64,000 nt of DNA from Eledone cirrhosa (GCA_964016885.1 OZ024748.1:29822001-29886000); one strand, 5' to 3'; counted from the first letter of the stretch, positions 1-16,159 are shown. A program made the numbers and translations. Notes: generated by a model from the sequence alone, not told the origin.

Positions 1-109
1 TAAATAAAGCAGCCGATACACACACAAAAAAAAAAAAACACACACACACACATATTAATTTATGAAAATATATACATACATACATGTATGTATGTGTGTG
101 TGTATGTTG

Positions 110-451
110 AGCAAGGCTTTTGCTGACAGAGTTGATCACAGCAGCCTGTTGAAGAAATTATTTAGAATCAGAAGTTTCTATAGTGGATTGAGTGTTTTCT
201 GGTAACAGAACCCAGCATGTTGTGATCGAGGAGCAGTACAATTCATAAGTGGTGTCCTACAAGGCACTGTGTTGAACTCACATCTCTTCATTATTTCTAT
301 CAATGACATCATAGACATCACCAAGTACAACAAAATAGGAATCTCCGTTGATGATTCAAAGCTACAGAATGTCGTCAAGGGAGTGGGAGTCCGGACATAC
401 ATACCTTCAATCGGATCTGCTTGCTGTTATTCAATTGGTGCAGAAAAATAA
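110..451 (+). pseudogene. CR1/L2-like LINE reverse transcriptase fragment (degenerate)
   Basis: Read across frameshifts it gives KAF.RVDH.SLL, SGVLQGTVL, LFIISINDI and VDDSKL, a decayed RT core of CR1-group LINEs. Confidence 0.6.
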
Positions 452-504
452 CAAAGAAACAAAGAAACACACAAATCAATACGTTATTTGAGATAATCCA
501 CTTT

Positions 505-1003
505 GGAAAAGAAAATTTAAGTTACCATGTTCGGACGAAACCCACGTTGCATCCATCAAACTTTTAACACAATATGGTGACAGTGAACTACCATTAGAAG
601 TGTGTATAAGTGGATCGAAAAGTTTAAAAGAAGCCGGACAAGCGTGACGTACGAAGGAGTAGGACGCCCACCAACCTCCACCACGAATGAGAAGATTCAG
701 TAAGCTCGAGAGATGGTAATGGCGAATCGGCGAGTTATCACCGAAGAGGTAGCATGTTCTCTGCAGATTAGTCATGGTTCTGCTTATTAAATTATCCACG
801 ACTAGCTCAGCTTCTATAAAGTCTATGTGAGATGGGTACCAAGAGAGCTTACCACAGCACAAATACAAATGTGTTGAGGTCCACCAACGTTTACTTGATC
901 GCTACAACAATGAAGGTGAAGAATTTTTTTAGCAGAATGGTCACAGAAGAGGAAACGTGGGTCCATGACTCTAAGCAGAGTATGAAGTGGAAATATCCTG
1001 GTG
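505..1003 (+). mobile_element. mariner (Tc1/mariner) transposase relic
   Basis: VYKWIEKFK, GRPPTST, RWVPREL (mariner WVPxEL motif) and FFSRMVTEEETWVH (IVTGDETWV-like); has stops and frameshifts and is truncated by the RTE LINE. Confidence 0.8.
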
Positions 1004-1004
1004 C

Positions 1005-3027
1005 ATACGAGGGTCTTCTTCCTCTTGGTCAATGAGGCCGGGGTCATCCTAAGCCAGCGATCTCGAAGCATCGTCGTGCATAGAGCCGACCAGGTCCACC
1101 AGCGCCCTCCATCATTGGCGGTCCCATGCCAGCTCCTCTGCATCATCCAAGGTGATGTCGAACCTCCGGAGAGAGTGACGACATCCAGCCATCTGGTGCG
1201 GGGCCTGCCATGGGGTTTCTTCCAGTCGAACGACAGTAAGGCTCGGGTAGGATGATCTGGTTGAAAGCGAAGGACATGTCTGAGCCAGCGCATGCGGCGG
1301 CTAGCTACGAGGCGGGAAGCTGTGGAATGATGTGTGCACGCACGCAACACTTTGTTAGAAACGTGGTGGTCCCATCTGATTTTTTTTAAGGTCCTCAGGG
1401 CTCTGCTATCGAAGCTATCGATCCTCTTTGCCAGAGTCTTTGTGAGGGGCCACGTCTCTGCTCCATAGAGGACGGAGAGGACCATTGCGTTGTAAATACG
1501 GAGCTTCGTCTTCTGGGAGTTTGAGCAATGGCTACAAAGGGGCTTCCATAGGGTGTGCATTATCCCGGATGCCAGGTCACATCTGCGGCTGATCTCCGGC
1601 GTCAGGTCTCCATTGCTGGTGAGAGTCGAGCCCAGGTAAATGAATGAGTTGAGAAACTCCACGGCGTCGGGGCCAATATAATGCGGAGAGGGATCCGGGT
1701 CATTGTCAACATGCATAAGCTTTGTCTTCGCCCAGCTTACCTGAAGGCTAAGCTTTGCTGACTCATCTCGGTATATGGTCAGTGCGTCTTTGAGTGATTG
1801 AGTTGATGAATAAGGTGGTGTCGTCTGAGTTGATGAATAAGGTGGTGTCGCCTGTGTACTCCAGGTCGGTTAGGTGGTAATTCCCGAAGGTAGCGTCAGA
1901 AACTCGCTCACAAACCTTGGTCATCAGATAATCGATGACACAGTTGAAGAGGTCGGGGGCAGCCACGCAGCCCTATCTGATCCCGCTGTTGATGGGAAAC
2001 CAGTCAGAGTGCTTCCTGCACGCTGCTCTCGGCACTGCTATAGAGCCGTTGGAACAGGGTTGTGATATTGGGAGGCGCGCCGATGAGCTTGAACATTTTC
2101 CAGAGGGATGCAGGGTCGACAGTGTCAAAAACCGCGTTGAGGTCCACGAAGGCGACATAGAGGCATCGATCTCTACGGAACTCCCGAGATCTTTGGATAA
2201 TGAGGCGGAAGTCAGAAATATGGTCGGCAGTGGATCGATTAGGCATGAATCCGGTTTGTTGTGGGCGATGTCCGCTTCTGATGGCTGGAAAAGCACGATT
2301 GTGGAGGATCTTGGTGATGGAGAGAAGTATGATGCCCCTGTGGTTGCTGCATTTCCAGAAGGGGAGGACATTGTCATTTGGGAGTCGCTCTGACGCCCAG
2401 ACATGGCTGATGGTACGGGTGAGCCATTAGATCATGTTATCTCCGCCCGCCTTCTCCGTGGTGACAAGTGCAGATTCCATGGGGCTTTGTGGTTTCTGAG
2501 CTTCTTCAGGATGGCTCTGACTTCATCGGGATTCACAAGATCGAGTCTGCAGGAGTCGTTGGCTGAAGCCGTATCTCCGGTGATGATTAGGCAAAGATCG
2601 ATTGGGACGAATGGGTGATGTAGAAGAAGGCTGAGTTGCTCCTTCCAGTTTTCGAGTCAGGTAGTTTCAGTGGTAATGACGTTGCCATTGGTATCCTTCA
2701 CCAGGGCTGTCTTAATTCGGGGACTGCTTCGAGCTCTGCGGAGTGTGTTGAATACTTAGCTGAGGTTGTTGTTTCTTGTTGATGTCTCCACTAGTTCGGC
2801 TTCTTCCGCCAAAAACCTCTGCCGATCATCCGTGATGGCGTTGTTGCTTATCCGGTTGAACCAATGGTACTCATTCATGTCACCGTACTCGTCCAACGTC
2901 CGGCGTGAAATCCAGGACCATTTGGGATGAGTTTACCAGGACATCGCGCTCAGACTGGTTAACTCTTGATTTAAAGATCTTGCAGTGGTCGGTCTTGTCC
3001 TCGGCCAGGATACTAAAGTGATTGAAG
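1005..3027 (-). mobile_element. RTE-clade LINE, 5'-truncated and frameshifted
   Basis: ORFs 823..1716, 1763..1966 and 2004..2246 give AFVDLNAVFDTVD, GIR(QG)..AAPDLFN, DLEYTGD (YADD remnant), FIYLGS, LYGAETW and HGRPRTRWLD. Confidence 0.85.
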
Positions 3028-3029
<2 letters not shown>

Positions 3030-3060
<31 letters not shown>

Positions 3061-3070
3061 TGTATGTATG

Positions 3071-3101
<31 letters not shown>

Positions 3102-3118
3102 GTATGTATGTATGTATA
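3030..3118. repeat. (TATG)n microsatellite
   Basis: Seen directly in the sequence. Confidence 0.95.
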
Positions 3119-3589
3119 CCACATGATCGAAATAATCACATCGATTATACCATAAAAAGCTCAATGAACACTACGGACTACAATCCAGATTTTCAGGCCA
3201 TCATTTACACACTATTACTGAGGTATAATAATATTGGTTATAATAAACTGGTTGTCCGAGAGAAAAGTTTGGTGGGCCGCAGAAAAATTTGGACATTATT
3301 TGCAATTTTTATGTTTTATTAATAATAAAACAAAAATAATATTCGGTTAAAATATATTTTATAACACCCCTGAAAATGTTTCTCCTCAGTAAAGAACTAA
3401 CATCCATGAAAGAATTTTACATTTATGTATCATCTATCGACAATTTGACACACGTACGCTTCAGTATTGTTTCGACCATTACAACAGTCACCCCGCTCCG
3501 CGAATGCTGATTCTCATTCGTTTTTTTAATTTTATTTGGCTTCGATAGCTATAATTTCTTGATTGTTCTTAGATTCCAATGAAATAAAT

Positions 3590-4940
3590 CCATAATGAGT
3601 GAGAAAAGGCAAGCGAATATAGTAATACCAAAGGTAATGTAACTAATGATAATAGCAACAATAGTAATACTTCACTTAACCGTGAGCTGATCAATGAATT
3701 AGAGGCTCGACAGTCCTCATCAGGCACCATTAGGTAGACCATTTGAACTGGAGGAGGAGAAAATAAAAAAACTCAAAGTATCAAGAAAATATGATTTGAA
3801 ATTTGGATTTATTCAAGAACTTGGTAGTGAGCTGGACCCACTGCCGCTTTGTGTTGTGCGTTTTGAGAATTTATCCAATAATGCCATGAAACCTTCGAAA
3901 CGAGGAAGACACTTGTAATGAAAACACCTGGATTTAGCAAAGAACTCACTTGAATATTTTCAAAGAATGCGTAAAGTATGCAAAAGCAAGTAAGTGCGTT
4001 AACGAAAATGACTTTTGAAGACAAGTTTTTATTAATGGCATCTTATTTGATAGCACTTCAAGTCACGAAAAGTAAAAAGCCGTATACGACTGGAGGAGAA
4101 TTAATTAAGCCTTGCATGTTACAAGCCTGTGAAGAGGTTTTGGGAAAGTACGCTGTCCAGAAACTGAAAGTAATTCCTATGTCTGCAAAAACTGTAAAGC
4201 GCAGAATTGAAGACATGGTTGAAGATATTGAAAATTAAGTTATAAAAATGGTGAACAATTCACCATTTTATTTAATTCAGCTTGAATCAACGGACGTAAG
4301 TAACAAGGCACTTCTTTGTGAGGGTTGAGTGTGAAGCACAGTTACAGGAAGAACTACTTTGTTCGCTCAACTGACCAAGTAGAACAACTAGCTCTGAGAT
4401 TTTTGAAGCACTTAATAGAATACGGAATTGAATGGAAAAATATATTGGGATATGTACAGACGGTACCGCAAACATGACAAGTTGCGAAGGTGAAAAATGT
4501 TGGTCACCCAGACATTTTGTCTACACACTGCATAATAAATCATGAGCAACTTGCAGCGGAAAAAAAAAATGTCCCCAGAACTACACGAAGTATTATCAGA
4601 CATTATTAAAATTATACGGTGAATTGGCAGTATCGGTAGAGGGTCGGACGCCATGCTTTCCAGCATAGTTACACCCCTTTACGGTTTGAGTTCAAATCCC
4701 GTTGAGGTTAGCTTTGCCTTTCATCTTTACGGGGTCGATAAAATAAAGTACCAGTAATGTACTGGGTATTTGCTGGCCTTGTGCCAAAAGTAAAAACAAT
4801 TATTAAAATTATAAATGAAATTCGACACAAAGCGCTCAATTCTCGAATATTTGAGGCACTTTATGAAGAAATGGGTTCCCAGTATACTCACCTTCTTCCC
4901 GCTGGGGTGAGATGGCTCTGTGTTAAAGTGGGAGAATATT
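3590..4940 (+). mobile_element. hAT (Buster/Charlie-like) transposase pseudogene interrupted by a SINE
   Basis: PLPLCVV..LSNNAMKPSK..RHL (BED-like), ASYLIALQVTKSKKPYTTGGELIKPC, IPMSAKTVKRRIEDM, THCII.HEQLA and LYEEMGSQYTHLLPAGVRWL; many stops. Confidence 0.8.
4617..4805 (+). mobile_element. SINE family 1 (tRNA-like head plus Deu/Nin-like core)
   Basis: B-box-like GAGTTCAAATCC; core GCCTTTCATCTTTACGGGGTCGATAAAATAAAGTACCAG; tail GCTGGCCTTGTGCCAAAAGTAAAAACAATTATT; at least seven copies in the window. Confidence 0.8.
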
Positions 4941-5859
4941 AGTTTAAAAAGTAAGAGATATATTGTATTCATATATACGATTTGGTCAATTCTAATGGTG
5001 TGTTTTAATATTATAGAGATAATATTTATAATTATATTTTATGAAGATTAGAGTTATAAGTATATTTTATTTTATTATATTACGATAGGTTATTTATATA
5101 TAAATAATTTTAGTGAGTATATATGTTGTTTTTATTAATAGATAGATAATTTAAATATTTTTTATATGTGAAAAGTTACGATATATGTTTGTTTACATTT
5201 TCAATATATGTTTTAAGAAAACAGGAAGTAGTTCTATTTTATTATAGAAGATTATTTTGTACATTCAATAGTTGCCTCAAGATAGGAATAAATTTACGAA
5301 ATTATAATAAATTTTAATATTTATGTAAAGTTTAGCTGTTACTTAGAAAGAATGTGTAAGCGTTTTACATTTCAAAGGAAAAGATAACTCTAAAATTTCT
5401 TAATTAAAATAGTTAAGTTATATTTACCGTTTATTCTCGAATTTACTTTTAAAAAAATTCTAATTATGATATATGGAAAAATTATTTTATATATGATTTT
5501 ATAATATCATATATTACATATTTTCTAAGATAAAAATGTATATATGTATTATGATAGCATTCCATATATCTATTCAAAGGTTAATGATATTAAGTATTTG
5601 TATGTAAGGATTTACAATGCCTATAGAGTCTATTAGGAAAAAATTCTACAGACATCAAAAGTATATTTGAAAACATCATTAAAGCCATCACAAAAAAATA
5701 CATTCAAAAATATTATTTAAAAACATCACAAAAACATCTACAAAGCACGGCGAAGATATATAAAATGTAAACAGGTGAGATATAGAGGCTATAGATAATA
5801 TTTTCTATAGATTATAGATACTACCAAAAGTCTGAGACTGACGATGTCTACAAGAGTTA

Positions 5860-5967
5860 AATAATTGTTTCTACTTTTGGCACAAGGCCAGCAATTACCC
5901 AGTACATTACTGGTACTTTATTTTATCGACCCCGTAAGGATGAAAGGCAAAGTTAACCCCGGCGGAG
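5860..5967 (-). mobile_element. SINE family 1, 5'-truncated
   Basis: Reverse complement of the core and tail of 4617-4805. Confidence 0.8.
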
Positions 5968-6153
5968 TTAAATAATTCCTTCTTTTTGTTTATAGCGTTT
6001 TGATTGGTAATTATGTTGAATATTTCTTCAATACATAAATAACAAATTCATGAGAGAGCCATATTTCGGTATGCGGACGCTTTCGAAATCGTTCCCCAAG
6101 AAATTGAATAGTCAATAGATAACAATAGCATGCAAACTCATCCTAAAATTTAC

Positions 6154-8876
<2,723 letters not shown>

Positions 8877-9123
8877 TTTCTTTATTAACCACAAGGGTTT
8901 ACATAAAGTAGACATTAAGGACAGTGCAGGACAATACAGGACGGTACAAATGGGCATTTCTGCGTGTAAAAACAAAAACAGAGGATGTAACAAAAAATAA
9001 CAATGAAAAATTCCCCAATAGGGGGGAGACTTCGGAGGGACATTTGTGGAGAAAGCCCAGTAAAAGGCCACAATGACCCTGACCACCAAGGCAAGTGCCC
9101 TCTCCCAGTTTTCCACCTTTAAT

Positions 9124-12100
9124 TTACAGATATATACTTAGAGTAGGCCCATTCACTCGGGCCATTCTTGCTTCTCTCACCCATCTTTCAACAAAATGCT
9201 GGGAAGAGAGCACTTCCCTCTCTACTCAGATTTTCCTTTTCAAATGAAATTTGAAAAAGTCAATCAGAGCATCACCGAAGAGGTAAGTGCTCGTCTTCAG
9301 CCCTTTCAAACGTGTCCACCATACTATCTCTTTCGCCATGGCCACCAGACAGATAAAAACTGCCTGCCCTTCCCGGCTAAAGGAGGAGGGCGGGCAATCC
9401 TCACGATGGACTCAGATGATAGCCGGATCCGTCCTAAACGCGACAGCAGGTGTTCGACATAAACCCACAAGTCAGCAATTTTCGGACACTGGACGAGTGC
9501 GTGCAGGACGGTTTCGTCGCCCTGCGCGCATCTCGGACATGCCCGGCTGACGGCACCTCCATGCCTGTAGAGTTTATCCCGAACTGGCAAGGCTCCTCGG
9601 TAGCACTGCCAGGACAGAGATTTCTGGAAGTTGTCCATAGGCCCTGGCCCGAAAGTTCTTCCGAAGAGATTGGCTAGTTGATTTTCGTCGACGCCTAGAG
9701 TTTCCCCAAGTACGTCGTCGCTCTTCCCCTCCACTAATCCTCTATAGAACGCCGAGGTGGAGTTTCCACCGATCACATTGCCCGATTGGTCGAGGGCTGT
9801 GAGCGCCTGAAGACATTCCAGTCTCCAGGCGCTCCCTCTCGGTCTTCGCTTGACCCAGGACTGCAGCTCCGTCAAGGAAACGAGCTGGGGAAATACGTGT
9901 CTAGCAAACGGCGACCACACCTGATCACCGTCGAGGAAGAGGTGGAGATGTCGTAGCCTGAGCGCGTGCCTGCGCATCATCAGCCACGGCATACCCAGCC
10001 CTCCACGTAGCGGGTGTTGACAACAGATGGACCGCCTGACCATCGGAGCGCGTCCCTTCCACAAAAAGCGAAAGAGCAAACGCTCCAGCGCAGTCAGGCG
10101 AGGCTTAGGACAAGGTTCGACGGTCAGGCGGTAGCAGATGACGGACGCGATGTACGCGTTAGCCACCTCCGCTCGACCTTTCAGGGATAGCTTCCTCTCC
10201 GCCCATTTCTGGGTGAGAGAAGCCACCCTGCTCGTCACCTCGTCCCAGTTTTTGTCCGTCTGGAGGTCCGGACCGAACCAGACCCCTAGCAATTTAACCG
10301 GTCCGTCCGTCCAGCGTCCGACGACGCTGTTGGACGGCATGGACCTGCCTCTCCAGGTGCCGAGCTGCAGGCCCACTGACTTTTCCTGGTTGATCATTGC
10401 TCCTGTCACCGCTTCGTATTCTCTTAGTGTAGTGCCGATCGCCTCGATGTGTTTGGCGTTCGACACCACTACGGTGACATCGTCCGCATATGCTGACACG
10501 GATCTTCCGCATCCTAGTTCGCGCGGGATGCCCCTCAACGTCTCCAGTTTGTGCAGTAATGGCTCGAGAGTCAATACGTACAAGAGGGACGAGAGGGGAC
10601 ATCCTTGGCGGACCGAGCGCATGATGTTGAACGGTTGCGACAGGTGACCGTTCACTCTCACCACAGAGCAGATGTCGCTGTGCATGGCAGCGATCCAGCC
10701 TCTGAAGACGGGCCCAAAGCCAGCCGCCCTCAGGACTGCCGCTAGGTAACGATGGTCGACCCTATCGAAAGCTTTCGACTGATCTAAATTGATCAAGGAC
10801 CCACCCGTACCAGGTTCCCTAGCTACCCTCTCTACGATGTATCGCATGAGGTGGAGGTTGTCGTGGATGGATCTGTCGGGAATGGGGCATGTCTGCGCCT
10901 CTCCCACCAGACCACCAACGACAAGCGCCAACCTCTTTGCTAGCACCTTGGCCAAAATCTTGAACTCTGTGTTTAGCAGAGTTATGGGCCGGAAATTATC
11001 TATGTTATCCCCCTTGTTCGGATCCTTTCTCAGCAGTGCCACCGCTCCTCGGCTCACAGAACTGGGAATTCTCCCGTTCTGTTGCCAGTTGCAGTAGACG
11101 TCCGCCAAGAGGCCTCCGAACAAGTCTGGCATCTGTACGTAAAGTTCATAGGGCAGACCATCCAAACCAGGCGATTTACCCCTTGTGCAGCCAGTCATTG
11201 CCTCCCTTACTTCAGCGGCTGTTATCGGCTTTTCGCAACACTTCGCCTCAGTGGCCGAGAGCCGCGGCAGTCCGTCGAGGTAGACACTAAAGTCCATCCC
11301 TCGACCCGGCCCACCGCTGCCCCCGAACAGCTGAGCGGAGTGTCGCTGAAAAGCTTCACACATTTGCCCGGGATCGAGTAGCATGCGCCCGTCGTGGTCC
11401 ACCAAAGACCGGATCGTGGCTTTGTTGCCACGACGCGCCTCCGCCACTCGGGCCCATTGAACGGCTTTCGTCCCCTCGTGTCTGAGAGCACGCACCCTTG
11501 CTCTGACAACGCAGCCTTCGTGCTTTGCATTGAAGAATTGGTCAAGGGCCAATTTCGCCGCAAGCACGTCGGTCGCAATGCCTTTGCTAAGCGCCTCGTC
11601 TAATTTTCTAACTAGTTCTCCCTCTGCTCTATTTTTCTCTATTGCTAAAGCCTTACTAAACCTAATCGATTCTATTCTAATCGCTCTTTTCAGAGCAAAC
11701 CACCACTTGTTGTTGACGATGGCCCCCGTCAACGCCCGCTTAACTAGTTCGCTAATCCGGTCTCTGTAGGCTTTGCGCGCTGGTAAGGACGCGTTTAGCT
11801 TCCAGTAGCCGGGTCCTCATCTATGAAGCCTATCTAAGTCAAGCACACAGATCACGAATTTGTGGTCCGTGTAGCTGACTATCTTGAATTGTGGACAGCC
11901 TATGCTAGACCTATCTATTTCCCTACAAAATACTCTATCTAGATATGATCTGGATGACCCTATGCGATTTGTCCAAATCCACATTGGCACATTCGGAAAA
12001 TCCAATCGGTACCTGTCAGACAGTTCAAAACGCCTGAGCAGGTTGGTGAGGCTCTTGCACCCTCCACCCCTATCCGCTAATCCCACACAATCCCAGCGTG

Positions 12101-12542
12101 CATCTAAGATCCCGTTCCAGTCGCCCACTAACACTAAAGAGCGGGACGTTCCAAGAAAGGTCTCCAGACGCCGGAAGAAATCAGGCCGCCCTGCTCCTGT
12201 CGGGGCATAGACGGCCACTAAACTGAAAGCTTGCCCGTCTCCGCTGGTCACGTCCAGCACCACCAGCTTACCCTCTGGGTCCAGGAAGATGGCCCGTATG
12301 GCGAGATCCAAACCTCTCCGAAAAAGCACAGCAACTCCTCCCCCCGATCCAGGACGGCTGGGAGATGCGTACACATCGTAGCCGCCGAAGATCGGTGCGA
12401 AGGCCCGTGCTTCGGAGATTCTGGTCTCGCTGATGGCCACTACATCTATGTTTAGTGACCTGAGGTCGTTGAGCATGTGACCCTACTTCCATGACGACCC
12501 CAAGCCACGCGCATTTATGCTGCCTATTCTGAGTGAGGTCAT
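9124..12542 (-). pseudogene. Tx1 ORF2 (APE endonuclease, RT, C-terminal zinc finger) with a few disablements
   Basis: Starts MTSLRIGSINARGL at 12542; ISETR, GDWN, SYLDRV, SYTDHK; KSPGLDG, NFRPITLLN, DQSKAFDRVDH, VRQGCPLS, SAYADD; CPRC..ETVLHALVQCP; stops near 12483 and 11817 and a shift near 9390. Confidence 0.9.
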
Positions 12543-12577
12543 GTTTAAAATAGAGTGGAAAAGATGGGAAAGACCAC

Positions 12578-14670
12578 TTACCGTACTTTTCGTAGAGGAG
12601 GGATGGTTTTTACATCCCTTTTCACTTGATCGTCTGGTGAAGGGACCGTTGAATCGTCCCTTCGGCTGGTCGTCGGCTCTTCTATGAGTATGTCCGAATA
12701 TACTCTTCGATTGATAGTTCCTCCTAGGTCCCTGAAATCACCAACTGCGTTGGGGAATTTCGTTTTAATGTTTGTGTATTGTTTCTGTGCTATTTTTAGC
12801 AGTCTTATGTTAGTTGGCGTTTCGATTGGTGCTGGTATTATGTAGTCGTGTTGTGAAATGTCTGTGTGTTCAATTATGTAAGTCATTAGTTTCTTGTTGT
12901 GTGTATTTATTGCCGTGCATTTGTTTTTCTGGGGGTGCGGTGTGGTTCTGCTATTTTCTTGTCGTTGTTGCTGGGTGTGTGTGTTTTGTTGTTGTGTTTG
13001 CGATGTTGGTGCTTGTGGTGGTGGTGTTGAAGGTGTTGTTGGCGGTGGGGTTGTCGCCGGTGGTGATGGTGGAGCTAGTGTGGGTGGTGATGGTGTTGGT
13101 GGTGTTGCTGCTGTGAGTCTCTTTGCAGTAGACTTTACCCTTTTCTCATTTCTTTCCTCCCTTTTCAAAGGCGACGATGCGCTGCTTCTGCGTTTGTGCC
13201 TTCTTACGACCTTTTGCCATCCCTCTCCCACCTCACACTCCATGTCTGATTCTGTGAGGTCGGGGAGGGGTACCAGCTCCACTCTTTCACTTGTTGTTGT
13301 TGGTGATGTTTGCACTGGAGTCTCTGTTGCAGCTGCATTTAGTATTGCTGTTGTTGTTGTTAATACTTCCACTGCTGCTGCTGTTTTTGATTTCCGTGGC
13401 GTGGGTATGGGTGCCACGGACCTATCGTTCCTGGTTGCCGCTTGTCCTGTTGCTGGTAGCCGTGGAGCCGGTTTCGGAAGGAGGGGGGTTTTCTCCTTTC
13501 TCAGGGTCTTCTCGTTGCAGAAGGCCCTGAGGTGAGTCTTCGATCCACAGCGAAAGCATTTCGGGCGTTTGCCCTCAACACTTATGGGCAGTTGAGTGCC
13601 GTTATCGAAGTCTATCACATCCGGGATAGCTTCGATGCACTCCTGGTTGGTTTGGATTAGCATCTCAATGGAGGTGCCGACCCAATCTTCTCTTACTTTT
13701 TTCTGTACTTGCAGTACAGTTGTTTTGTCCTCGATTCCGACGAGGACAGACGCGGTCAGCCAAGAAGGGGCCATCCCGGGGGGGGTGTCACTTTGACCCT
13801 CACAATTTTTTGCCCGCAGTAGGAGGGCACCAACACCATTTCCTCGCTCCTTAGTGTCACTACGGATTGAGCCTTTGCCTCCTGGGGTGTGGCAAAAAGT
13901 ACGTCTACGGTGGCATATTTTTTGCCTCGGGTGATGTGCGTTTTCCGCTGCCACACAGACCCCAAGGCTTTTTGTATTTGAGCCTCTGTGGCTCTTTCAA
14001 CCCTACGGGATTTTGTACTTACTGTACGGTACGTGACCGTACAGTGCTGTTGGGTTTCGAAAAATTTTTCCGCTGCCTTGCAGATTGCTCGGTGTCCAGT
14101 CTTTGTCACCATCTTCTTCGCTTCCTCTAATTCCTCATTTGTTATGAGGATTGTTTCCAGGTTCTTCGCAATACCTGCAAACGAGATTGGTTTTTCTTTG
14201 CTGCTGTTGTTGTTGTTGTCGTCAGAGCTGCTGTTACTTTTGTTGTTGCTGCAGGTACTACGACTACTGCCTCCGCCGCTGTTGCTGTGGTTGTTGTTGG
14301 TGTTGCTGCTGCTAATGCTGTTGTTGTTTATGCTGCTGGTGATGCTGTTGCGGCTGCTACTGTTGTTTTCATTGTCACTGTTGCTGTTGTTATTACGGCT
14401 GCTACTGCTATTATTCCTGACGTCAGACGAATGAAATGGGTTTTCGTACTTCCCGCACACCTGTTTCGTCGTTGTCGTCGTCGTCGTGGAGAAATCTTGC
14501 ACGCTTTGCACGAGACTTTTCTTTTCTGTCGTCGAAAGAGAAGGGAGGGAGAGAGACACATTTAAAGAAGGGAGGGAGAGAGACAATCTTCTCTCTGCTG
14601 TAGTGATGATTGAGGAAGAAGAAGACGGAATGAGTGGGAGTGACCTATGAAAATTCTTTTTCGTAGCCAT
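12578..14670 (-). pseudogene. Tx1 ORF1 (gag-like, CCHC zinc knuckle), frameshifted at a homopolymer run near 13780
   Basis: ORFs 13756..14670 and 12578..13954; CFRCGSKTHLRAFC (CX2CX4HX4C), an N/S-rich N-terminus and a Pro/Thr-rich C-terminus. Confidence 0.8.
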
Positions 14671-14887
14671 GTTGTTTTTTTTTGTTTAAAATAAATATTG
14701 GGCACAAAACCCCAATAAGCAGTTATTTAACCCAGAAGGGCCAAATAACGGACAGAAAGACCCCTCTCACGAGGAGGAGGGTGTTTTTGTCTACAAGTTC
14801 GTTAAAGTTTTAAACAATTTACAATTGTTATAGCGTTCAAAATTTACAATACCTTACAGAGCCGAGCCTCCGTCAACCATAGCATTC

Positions 14888-14934
<47 letters not shown>

Positions 14935-15009
14935 GCAAATTAACATAAATAGTAAATCAAACAAAAGAACTAGAACTAGAAATATTATTTGGTTCTCTCC
15001 CCCAATCTC

Positions 15010-15373
15010 ATTAGGAATTAAAGTAGGTCACTATCCAATATAAGGACAAACTGAAGTACAATCTTAAGTTTGTCAACGTACCTCTTCGTTTGAAGCCATG
15101 ACTGCCAACCGTAAAAGATGGAGAACTGTCTGCCACAAAGGTATAAAGAACTTTGAGAAATCTCATTTAGCCCACCTCTGTGAAATAAGATCTGACACCA
15201 GAATCCGGTCAGGCATTTCAGCCTGCTTTGTTCAAGGTCATGTCACCTGCACCAAATGCGGATTGAGTGTAAATCAGCAGCTGGATTGAAGTGCCATTTG
15301 AGGCATAAACATAAAACAATGAACTGAAAAGACTGTTGAACCCTCTTACATCGAATAGACGGAACAGTCCATC
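15010..15373 (+). mobile_element. RTE LINE 3' fragment
   Basis: QYKDKLKYNLK, RKRWRTVCHKG, CTKCG..AAGLKCHLRHKH* (RTE C-terminal zinc finger). Confidence 0.65.
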
Positions 15374-15417
15374 ATATATATAGAGAGAGATAGATCAGGA
15401 TTTTACCAGTTTTAAAC

Positions 15418-15562
15418 TACCATATTTCCCGGCGTCAAAGACGCTACTTTTTTCCTAAAATAAGTCTCAACAATCTACCATGCGCCCTGGAGGCCGTCCT
15501 GGTTGTCAAGATTAGGGTGCGTCCTCGAGGACGAAGCGTCTTCGGCGCCGGGAAATACGGTA
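15418..15562. mobile_element. MITE, Tc1/mariner-pogo type (about 25-bp TIRs, TA ends)
   Basis: TA-CCATATTTCCCGGCGTCAAAGACGC at the left and GCGTCTTCGGCGCCGGGAAATACGG-TA at the right, with about 3 mismatches. Confidence 0.75.
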
Positions 15563-15580
15563 GTAAGACCATTATTCAGC

Positions 15581-15725
15581 AGATTACTACATACTTGGAC
15601 TAGTAGAGTGTGACTATATTAGAGAGAGTCAGGGCCCAACGACTGAGCTCTTGCCGTTTCGAAGCTAATTCTATAATTAGCTGTCGAAACGGCAAAGCTC
15701 AGCCATCGGGTTCCGACTCTCTCTA
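15581..15725 (+). repeat. Foldback (hairpin) repeat family, diverged copy
   Basis: Imperfect inverted repeat around GCTAATTCTATAATTAGC; similar to 25420-25595 and 27901-28061. Confidence 0.6.
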
Positions 15726-15979
15726 AAAAATATATGTATAGATATATTTGCATATGTACACACACACACGAGCGTGTACATATAAATGCATACATATACA
15801 AAGTGACTCATAAAAAAATATAAATTTAAATGTATATAGATAGATACAATTTCATATGTATAAAACAGAGACTGCTATTGTTTGTCTTCACGTACACACA
15901 TGAACACACGGGCTCACAGGCAATATTTGAGACAGACATACTAATACACGTACGTACACGTATATTTATTTGCATATGT

Positions 15980-16159
15980 ACATACACACACAGACAAACA
16001 CACATACACACGCGCGCGCGCAACTACACACGCGCACGCGCAAGCACGCACGCACACACACACACACACATATACGCACGCACGCGCAACTACACACACG
16101 CACAAGCACACACACACACACACATATAGGCAGAGGGACACATACATACTCACACACGC

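Larger units (their letters stand above)
8875..14887 (-). mobile_element. Apparently full-length Tx1-like (L1 group) LINE inside (AAT)n
   Basis: 5'UTR, ORF1, ORF2 (APE + RT + zinc finger) and 3'UTR; (AAT)n at 8845-8874 and 14888-14934. Confidence 0.9.

Noticed and set aside
10138-14565. + strand ORFs overlapping the Tx1 element
   Set aside because: Antisense shadows of GC-rich or low-complexity coding sequence with no recognisable motifs.
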